From: Patescibacteria group bacterium
GTDB lineage: Bacteria; Patescibacteriota; Patescibacteriia; UBA1558; GWA2-36-10
Length of the DNA stretch: 64,000 bases
Assembly (NCBI GenBank): GCA_041665545.1
Contig: JBAYIQ010000001.1
Coordinates: forward strand, 44 to 64,043
Reading direction: 5' to 3'
Numbering within the stretch: the stretch's first letter is position 1; the number at the start of each line of letters is the position of its first letter. Of the stretch, positions 57,310-64,000 are shown one piece after another. The notes beneath the pieces were generated by a model that did no database searches, was not told the origin of the DNA, and was given only the letters and a program-made list of their open reading frames with translations. The position numbers and the translations under genes are program-made.

Positions 57310-59118
57310 TTATTTTAATACTGCTTTAATGCGTCTGACACCAGCCGAAGATGACTCTTCTTTTATAATTTTAAATTCACCAAGTTCGCTGGTATTGCTA
57401 ACATGTGGTCCGCCACAGATCTCCTTTGAAAAACCCTCGACAGTATAAACTTTTACCTTATCGCCATATTTTTCTTCAAAAGAGCCCAAAGCCCCGTATT
57501 TTTTGGCTTCGGCTAGAGTCATTTCTTGGCAAGTGACAGTCAATTTTTTCTGAATTTGCTCATTGACTAAGTCCTCTACTTGTTTTATTTGTTCAGGCGT
57601 TAATTTGTCGGCATAAGAAAAATCAAAACGCACCCTTTCTTCGTTAATATTACTGCCTTTTTGTGCAATGTCAGCTTTTAATACTTGTCGCAAAGCTTGT
57701 AGTAATAAATGAGCGGCTGTGTGATGTTTTTTGGTATTTTCTTTGTCATCAGCCAAACCGCCTTTGAACATGCCAGCTGAAGCAGTGCGCGATAAATCTT
57801 GGTGCTTTAACATCTCATCCTTAAACAGTTTAGCAAAACTATCCTTGACATCCTGTTGTATAGCAATGCCACCATTAGAAATTCTTAAACTGTCCAATTC
57901 TTCAAAGGACATTTCGATAGGGAAACCGTATGTTTGATATAATGCCACTAGGTCTTTCACACTAATTGAAAATTCTTTAATAGAGCCCTTGTAATTGCTC
58001 GTAAATTTATTAAATTCTTTTAAACCCTTTTCCAATGTCTGTTTGAATTTATTTTCTTCTTTTTGTAATTCATCCAAAATAAACTTTGAATTTTTATTTA
58101 ATTCTGAATAAATATCTTGATACTGGTTAATAATCACTTTTGCTAAATCAACAGTAAAATTATTTTCAATACCTAATTCTTTGCCAAAACGAATAGCCCG
58201 TCTAACCAAACGCCGTACAACATAACCCTGATCTTTATTACTTGGGCTAATACCCCTTTCATCACCCATGATAAAAACAGCGCTTCTGATATGATCAGCA
58301 ATTATTCGAAAACTTTTTTTATTTTCTTCGTATTTCTGGCCAGCTAATTTTTCAAGCGTCTGAATCAATGTCCAAAATAATTCGGTGCGATAGTTATCAT
58401 CCACATTATTGAGCACTGCCAGAGTGCGTTCAAAGCCCATGCCAGTGTCAATGTTTTTTTGTTTTAGTGGTTCAAATTTTTTATCAGAAGTTTTATTGTA
58501 CTCCATGAAAACATCATTCCAGATTTCTACCAAATTTTTGTCTTCTGGATCAAATGATGTTGGATTTCCTTGACCCACCCAATAAAACATTTCGGTATCT
58601 GGACCACAAGGACCGCTAAGGCCAGCTGGTCCCCACCAATTATCACTTATTTTAGCAATTCTGTTGGCTGGTACTCCAATATCAAGCCATATTTTTTCCG
58701 CTTCTTGATCGTATTGTTTAACATCTTCATTGCCACCAAATATTGTAATAGCTAATTTTTTTTCATCTAGTTTTAAAATCTTAGTAAGAAATTCCCAAGA
58801 ATATTCAATGGCTTCTTTTTTTCCGTAGTCACCCAATGACCAATTCCCAAGCATTTCAAAAAAAGTATGGTGTGTGTTATCACCTACTTCATCAATATCG
58901 CTAGTGCGCACACATTTTTGAACACTAACCAACCTTGACCCTTGGGGATGCTTCTCACCCATCAAATACGGCACTAGCGGGTGCATGCCAGCTGTAGTAA
59001 ACAAAACAGTCGGGTCATTGTCAGGGATCAATGACGCTGATGGAATAATTTTATGGTCTTTAGACTGAAAATATTTTAAAAATTTTTCTCTCAAATCTTG
59101 GGCACTAAAAATTGGCAT
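57310..59118 (-). CDS. alaS: alanine--tRNA ligase, short form (catalytic, tRNA-recognition and editing domains; no C-Ala domain)
   Basis: N-terminal class II AlaRS motifs (FTTAGMHP, CVRTSDIDEVG, FFEMLGNWS), editing HxxxH (HTAAHLL) and GGPHV near the C-terminus; only 602 aa. Confidence 0.85.
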   Translation of the reverse strand: MPIFSAQDLREKFLKYFQSKDHKIIPSASLIPDNDPTVLFTTAGMHPLVPYLMGEKHPQGSRLVSVQKCVRTSDIDEVGDNTHHTFFEMLGNWSLGDYGKKEAIEYSWEFLTKILKLDEKKLAITIFGGNEDVKQYDQEAEKIWLDIGVPANRIAKISDNWWGPAGLSGPCGPDTEMFYWVGQGNPTSFDPEDKNLVEIWNDVFMEYNKTSDKKFEPLKQKNIDTGMGFERTLAVLNNVDDNYRTELFWTLIQTLEKLAGQKYEENKKSFRIIADHIRSAVFIMGDERGISPSNKDQGYVVRRLVRRAIRFGKELGIENNFTVDLAKVIINQYQDIYSELNKNSKFILDELQKEENKFKQTLEKGLKEFNKFTSNYKGSIKEFSISVKDLVALYQTYGFPIEMSFEELDSLRISNGGIAIQQDVKDSFAKLFKDEMLKHQDLSRTASAGMFKGGLADDKENTKKHHTAAHLLLQALRQVLKADIAQKGSNINEERVRFDFSYADKLTPEQIKQVEDLVNEQIQKKLTVTCQEMTLAEAKKYGALGSFEEKYGDKVKVYTVEGFSKEICGGPHVSNTSELGEFKIIKEESSSAGVRRIKAVLK

Positions 59119-59275
59119 ATTTTATGTCTACTTTTATTGAATAATATACTAAAATATACCTATTTTTGGACAAAAAGTCAACATTTCTGCTCTATTGACA
59201 AACAGGCTAAATTATACTATTTTAGCTGAGTTAGTGCGATGTTTGATCCACCCTAATCTCATCAAAGGAGCTCTC

Positions 59276-59611
59276 ATGGACGACCGCGCTTTGAACTTTT
59301 CACGGAAACGTACCAATCTCTGGAACAGGATCTATGAAGCCCTGATACTGATAGACCCCTTGGGCAATGGCCAAACAGAAGTTCGGCATACTACTGTTTA
59401 TCTGCGAGTAGCTGAAAACTTCTGCCACAGCGTGATCACAGAAGTGATGGACAAACGTCTTCGTTCGGAAAATATCAGTGATTCTCTGACCGAATTGCTT
59501 ATCCGCGCTTTTTACCCCAGTCAGGTGGTAAGAAATGAAGATCTTGTCGCCAAGATCAAGCTCGTCATAGTTCAACTGGAAAAACCGGGGGAAATCATTT
59601 CCCACTTCTAG
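59276..59611 (+). CDS. hypothetical protein in the higher-GC island
   Basis: ATG at 59276 preceded by aaggag SD; the longer ORF from 59195 is also possible. Confidence 0.4.
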   Translation: MDDRALNFSRKRTNLWNRIYEALILIDPLGNGQTEVRHTTVYLRVAENFCHSVITEVMDKRLRSENISDSLTELLIRAFYPSQVVRNEDLVAKIKLVIVQLEKPGEIISHF

Positions 59612-59641
59612 GACAGCAAAGTCCAAAGCACAAGCCCCTAA

Positions 59642-59683
59642 GGGAACACCCTAGGGGCTTGTTAATTTTTTATTATGAAACAA
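59642..59683 (+). terminator. rho-independent terminator
   Basis: aagcccctaagggaacaccctaggggctt followed by a T-run. Confidence 0.55.
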
Positions 59684-59704
59684 AGGCAAAAAATCTTTAA
59701 AAAC

Positions 59705-59733
59705 AGAAAGCGGGACTTTGTCTGCCCCGCTTT
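59705..59733 (-). terminator. terminator hairpin for the sigma factor gene
   Basis: gaaagcgggactttgtctgccccgctttc, T-rich on the minus strand downstream. Confidence 0.45.
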
Positions 59734-59747
59734 CCTCGTCTTTGTCC

Positions 59748-60521
59748 TTACTTTATAGCTCTGGAGTCTATACCTTTCCAGGCAAGCGCTTTCCTGAGGC
59801 GCTTCAGAGCTTTTTCCCTAATTTGGTATACTCTGCTGTTAGTAAGGCCGAGGTGTTTGCCTATTTCTTCCATAACGCGGTTTTCGTAGTAATGCATCAT
59901 TATCACGGTGCGTTCCGCTGAGGGGAGCTCTTGTAGCTTGATATGGAATAGCTCGCCGATGCCACTTCTAGCAAGGGCGATATATTGGTCTTGGCGACTG
60001 TCTTCTATTTTCTCTGACAAGCCGTTGGAGTCGTCGTCTAGGAATACGATTTCCATTCCGGCCAGTGTCTGCCAGTTTCTTATGGTGTCTACGTCTACGT
60101 CCAGGAATTTTGCTATATCATAGTCCGTTGGCATACGACCGAGTTTAACTTGGAGAACCCCTGTCACTCTCTCGATTTTCTTTTTTTTGGTACGAGCTTT
60201 ACGCGGTAGCCAATCCTGTCTCCGCAGTTCGTCTATCATAGCACCAACTATTCTTTTACTGGCAAAAGTTTCGAATCTGATGCCTCTTCGGTAGTCAAAT
60301 TTGGCCATCTGCTCAAGCATGGCCAAATTTCCACTGGCCAGCGCATCTTCAAGTGTGTAGCTCAGATCCTTGTTGGTTGGAAAATTCCTCCTTATCTTGT
60401 AGAATAGGATCCTGACGAAGTGGCTGTACAACTTGTACAGCTCCATCCTAGCTTGAGGATCCCCTCTTATCCTATATGCTTCCCAGAGTTCAAGGTGTGT
60501 TTCTTCCTGATTCTGTTTCAT
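59748..60521 (-). CDS. RNA polymerase sigma factor, sigma-70 family group 3 (FliA/SigB-like size)
   Basis: Region 2 (LAMLEQMAKFDYRRGIRFETFASKRIVGAMIDELRR) and region 4 HTH (TVIMMHYYENRVMEEIGKHLGLTNSRVYQIREKALKRLR); 257 aa; GC clearly above genome background. Confidence 0.8.
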   Translation of the reverse strand: MKQNQEETHLELWEAYRIRGDPQARMELYKLYSHFVRILFYKIRRNFPTNKDLSYTLEDALASGNLAMLEQMAKFDYRRGIRFETFASKRIVGAMIDELRRQDWLPRKARTKKKKIERVTGVLQVKLGRMPTDYDIAKFLDVDVDTIRNWQTLAGMEIVFLDDDSNGLSEKIEDSRQDQYIALARSGIGELFHIKLQELPSAERTVIMMHYYENRVMEEIGKHLGLTNSRVYQIREKALKRLRKALAWKGIDSRAIK

Positions 60522-60657
60522 ATCATCGACCCCCCCATATGGTAAGACATGGTGTCAACGAACAAAATCGACTGAGATACTTTATCACGTCACAAAAAAC
60601 CGGTCAATTAAAAAGGTATTTTGTATTCTAGAGATATTTTAAGCTTTATATAAAAAA

Positions 60658-60799
60658 AGAAGACCGCTAGAAATTAGTGGGTTGCCCGATGGGCTTAAAG
60701 TAGATGTTTTATGAGAGGGTGATGACTCCGCTGTCAGGGCCAATGTAATTTGCCATAACAGCGGAATCAACACCCATACTCCATCTACTGCCATCAAGC
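60658..60799 (+). ncRNA. candidate rod-like structured small RNA (SRP-RNA-like or 6S-like); strand and identity uncertain
   Basis: Nested complementary segments gctagaaa/tttctagc, gcttaaagtagatg/catctac..aagc, gagggtg/caccc, ccgctgt/acagcgg around a GUCAGG-containing internal loop. Confidence 0.3.
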
Positions 60800-61019
60800 T
60801 TTCTAGCAGTCTGACTATATTATAGCACATTCTATAAATTTGTCAAGTCTATAAATATAATTTTGAATACTTGGCAAAAAAGCTATTTTTATAAAAACGC
60901 TCAAAATTAGCACTTTTATAGCTATATATTAGTCGATATATTATTTTTAATCTTCTCCTGTTGGCCATATTGTTGTCTATACAATATAAAGACGGCTATC
61001 AAGCCAAAATATAACAGCA

Positions 61020-61935
61020 AAAAAAGACCTCGCAGCGCGTGCTACGAGGCCTATGGAACTGGAGGGGTTTGGGCGATGACTAACACCCGGTGAGACGAGC
61101 TCCGCAGAGCAGTCGAGGTGTTGAGGGTAAAACCCCCGTTACCCCTCGTCTTTTGGGTATTTTGCTGTCCTTTTTGAAGCTGACATCGCCCAAGACCCCA
61201 TCAATTTGAGGACCGCCGCCTGGCACCTAAGTGCGAAAGTAGGTAGGCACCTTCAACGAGTGAAAGTGGGCCTCCATGCCTCCCCAACTGGCTACCTACA
61301 GCGGTCCGAAATGTTCGAGATGACATTATACACTATATATTGATTCTGTCAAGGGGTAGGCAGACCCCAGTACTTAGGGCACTGATGCTTGCTTATATTA
61401 CCCAAGGCAGACTAGCACCACGTCTCGCCCCGTAGCGACCCCACATTACGGGGTCGCTTATGGGGTCAAGGGGTAAAGTTAAAGGGACCCACATTTCTAT
61501 GGATCCCCTGTTTTTGGAGGGGGATTGTCTTGTTGGCCACATTTGTCGCTGGGATCTTACCAGCTTGTATGCCGGGATCGTACCGGCTCTCCGCTCTGCT
61601 TCGCTCCAGTGGCTCTTGTTCCAAGAACAATCCCCCCCTTAAACATGTACAGTAATTTATATTTATGTTAGCAAAAAAAATAGAGCCCCGCAAGTGTAAA
61701 CACCGGCGAGGCCCAAAATCGATCCCAGGTACCAATCAGGTCCAAATGGCTAGTTTTGAGCCGGTACTTTGGGGGGCCGAGTCCTTCGGGCAGTTACGCC
61801 TCAGTCCTTGGCAAGGTGAAAATTCCCCTTTTCCTAGCTCTTACAGAAAGGTGTCGCCCGAATTAATATCGGACCATTTCTGCGCCATCTTGGAGCCCAT
61901 CAGACCCTGGGATCTTAAGACAAGAACAAGATAGG
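61020..61935. other. ~0.9 kb GC-rich non-coding region in three ~250-300 nt blocks, heavily self-complementary (candidate structured RNA(s) or foreign-DNA remnant)
   Basis: GC far above the flanking sequence; long-range complements e.g. gggggattgtcttgttgg ... ccaagaacaatccccc; no convincing ORF. Confidence 0.4.
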
Positions 61936-62023
61936 TGGTTACAATATATTATTTTATTATTTTTGTCAAGTCAAAAAGCCGGCCAAAAGACCGGGTGCGA
62001 AATTTCTAAACCCTAATCACTAA

Positions 62024-63067
62024 CTACAATATGGTTGCGCTAGCGATCAAATCATTTTTTAAGTAGACCACAATTGACTGACCAGAAGCCACGCCTTTTT
62101 GTTTTTGCTTAAAGAGGACTCTATCAGGATAAAGAATGATATTTTGATCTGTCTGTCGATAGCGAATTTTTGCTTTGGCTGAAAAGGGTAGTTTTTTAGG
62201 TTTTCCCAGCCACGCAATCTTAGATATTTTTACAGATTTTTGGTAAAGATCAAGCTCCCCTTCTTTGGCCACATATAAAACATTATTTCTGACATCTTTC
62301 TTTGACACAAACCACGGACCATTGGGCAAATCCAAACCCTTTCTCTGGCCAATAGTATAATACCAAACACCATCGTGCTGGCCCAGTTTTACTCCTTGAG
62401 TATTTAAGATGCTTCCTTTTTTGGGTTTTATTTTTTGCTGTAAAAAAGTTTTGAGATTGATCTTGCCGATAAAACAGATGCCCTGACTATCGGGTCGTTC
62501 GGAATTTATTAATTTTGCTTTTTTAGCTATTGCCCTGACCTTTGGTTTGGTCAAATGACCTATAGGAAAAATGGTTTTGGCCAACTGTTTTTGACTCAGG
62601 CCAGATAAAAAGTAAGATTGGTCTTTATTTTTATCAGTAGCTTTTAGTAGATGATATACTTGGCCAGTTTTTGTAATTTTAGCGTAATGACCAGTGGCAA
62701 TTTTATCAAAACCCAAAAGCATGGCTTTGTCTAAAAAAAGCTTAAATTTAATTTCACTGTTGCACAATATGTCTGGGTTGGGTGTCTGGCCTTTTTGGTA
62801 AGTAGCAAAAATATATTTAACAATTTTTTGGTAATATTCTTTTTCAAAATTAAAAGTTCGGATTGGCACCTGTAATTGCGCGGCAATACGATAAGCCATG
62901 ATTCTGTCTTCTTTCCAAGGGCAATTACCTTTTAGATTAACTCTCTCGGAAAAATTTTTCATAAAAGCGGCCTCAACATCATAACCTTGTTTTTTTAATA
63001 AATACAAAGCAACAGCGCTGTCCACGCCACCAGATAATGCTACTAGAATTTTATCTTTTTTTCGCAT
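62024..63067 (-). CDS. mnmA: tRNA-specific 2-thiouridylase
   Basis: PP-loop ILVALSGGVDSAV, catalytic Cys region, 347 aa. Confidence 0.85.
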   Translation of the reverse strand: MRKKDKILVALSGGVDSAVALYLLKKQGYDVEAAFMKNFSERVNLKGNCPWKEDRIMAYRIAAQLQVPIRTFNFEKEYYQKIVKYIFATYQKGQTPNPDILCNSEIKFKLFLDKAMLLGFDKIATGHYAKITKTGQVYHLLKATDKNKDQSYFLSGLSQKQLAKTIFPIGHLTKPKVRAIAKKAKLINSERPDSQGICFIGKINLKTFLQQKIKPKKGSILNTQGVKLGQHDGVWYYTIGQRKGLDLPNGPWFVSKKDVRNNVLYVAKEGELDLYQKSVKISKIAWLGKPKKLPFSAKAKIRYRQTDQNIILYPDRVLFKQKQKGVASGQSIVVYLKNDLIASATIL

Positions 63068-63206
63068 ATCAAATTAAATCACTTCAAATTATACTATAAA
63101 AAATAGCTTGTTTTGTCAATTATTTTAATATTGACATTTACCCTTTTTGAGAGTAATTTGTATGTAAATATCGACCAGCTCTGGCAATACCACGAAAGGA
63201 GGGCAA

Positions 63207-63496
63207 CCATGAGCCAGCCAGATACGTCCAAAGATGCCACAGCGGAAATGACCCGTTGCGTCATCATCGAGATCCATGTTCCTTCAGTTGATGCGGTCAG
63301 GGCCAAGGCTGCCCTAGACAAGATGTTTGTCGAAATGCCACAGTACCAGGAAGACCTGGGCTACGCTATCAGGGGCATCGGCCAAGATGGTCTGCACATC
63401 CACATTCGAGTCGCCGTCAGGCAACAGTGCGAGTGCATCACCCACATCAAGAAGATCTTCAGTCTTCTCGGGGTTGGTCTGCTTGATCACACCTAG
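63207..63496 (+). CDS. small hypothetical protein encoded by a ~50% GC gene with strong Shine-Dalgarno and its own terminator
   Basis: gaaaggagggcaaccATG; MSQPDTSKDATAEMTRCVIIEIHV...; the ORF-track ORF 63113-63496 is extended upstream. Confidence 0.45.
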
Positions 63497-63498
63497 GC

Positions 63499-63536
63499 AC
63501 AGGGCCAGTCAACACGACTGGCCCTAGTTTTTTATT
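63499..63536 (+). terminator. rho-independent terminator
   Basis: agggccagtcaacacgactggccct + ttttttattt. Confidence 0.6.
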
Positions 63537-63960
63537 TAATGAAACCAAAGTGTTTGAGTACGGACACAATATTTGGCGCCAGATTGTCGGGTAAGTTATT
63601 CAAATCAAACCAATCCCAAGCCCTGATATCTGAGCCCGGTTTAATTTCCCCTATTTTTTTGGCTAAATAGTGGACCAATAAAATATCTAGTCTATCGTCA
63701 TTTAAATCTTTGCTGGTCCAAACAACAAATGGTTCGGTGTTTAAAATTTCTAATTCAATTCCCATTTCTTCTTTGGCTTCACGTTTTGCCGCCTCAATCA
63801 AATTTTTTTCAAAATCCTCTACTCGGCCACCACAAAATTTTCAAAAATTATCATCGCCATGCTGATTTAGCAGGACTTTATTATTTTCGACAATGACTGG
63901 CCCCGAGGCGATAATAATATGTTTCATAACTATCTACCTATTTTAAATATTGACATAGTT
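63532..63960 (-). pseudogene. NUDIX hydrolase gene interrupted by an in-frame TGA at the conserved Trp position (pseudogene or recoded)
   Basis: Minus-strand translation from ATG 63960: MKHIIIASGPVIVENNKVLLNQHGDDNF-TGA-KFCGGRVEDFEKNLIEAAKREAKEEMGIELE...; Nudix box intact downstream. Confidence 0.5.
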
Positions 63961-64000
63961 TCAACGGCTTTCATAGCCAAGCTGATTCTCTGTCGATTGC

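Noticed and set aside
60639-60830. 63-aa minus-strand ORF
   Set aside because: It coincides with the nested-hairpin element 60658-60799. No start signals. Likely an artefact of the structured sequence.
61460-61934. Three 60-89 aa ORFs inside the 61-62 kb GC-rich block
   Set aside because: They overlap one another on both strands, have no SD or promoter, and their translations look random. The region is better explained as structured non-coding DNA.
63532-63960. Genome-wide UGA sense-codon reassignment (code 4 or 25) as explanation for the TGA in the Nudix gene
   Set aside because: All other long genes in the window (secA 918 aa, alaS, gltX, lysS etc.) are uninterrupted in the standard code, so a global reassignment is not supported. 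A local nonsense mutation or foreign origin is more likely.
1-64000. CRISPR arrays, tRNA genes, rRNA genes
   Set aside because: No spacer-repeat periodicity anywhere. No T-loop (GGTTCGAATCC-like) plus acceptor arrangement found on either strand. No 16S/23S/5S landmark motifs. The GC-rich blocks at 33.8-34.2 kb and 61.0-61.9 kb were checked for these and did not fit.

Overview
This is a 64 kb low-GC (roughly 33-36% by eye) bacterial chromosomal segment, densely packed with co-directional genes and standard genetic code (long ORFs such as secA are intact). Housekeeping content includes infA-rpmJ-rpsM-rpsK-rpsD-rpoA-rplQ-rplM-rpsI, murC, murB, lysS, serS, alr, gltX, def-fmt, secA, hpf, alaS, mnmA and a xerC-like recombinase. 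Accessory content includes a large polysaccharide cluster (flippase, six glycosyltransferases, Wzy-like protein), many small membrane and hypothetical proteins, two Cys-repeat surface proteins, a Fic-HD-protease trio and a run of small nucleotide-metabolism domain genes downstream of secA. An rpoA without an alpha-CTD, a short alaS, mostly Shine-Dalgarno-less starts and abundant small hypotheticals are compatible with a Candidate Phyla Radiation (Patescibacteria)-like genome; that placement is inference, not shown. The most notable signals are: (1) a patatin-like phospholipase four-gene cassette with two unknown partners and a truncated P-loop gene; (2) at least three places where 25-30 bp of a gene's terminus is duplicated as a direct repeat flanking extra DNA (murC 5' end, secA 3' end, M23 peptidase 3' end); (3) a family of GC-rich palindromic elements, one sitting in-frame inside a membrane protein gene; (4) compositionally foreign higher-GC islands (sigma factor region, a ~0.9 kb GC-rich non-coding structured block, and a small SD-bearing gene); (5) a Nudix gene with an in-frame TGA at the conserved Trp; (6) recurrent short motifs around start codons, namely ~90-bp leaders before rpsK and rpsD and an aatttctaacNNG-ATG inverted-repeat motif. 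I found no CRISPR array and no confident tRNA or rRNA.
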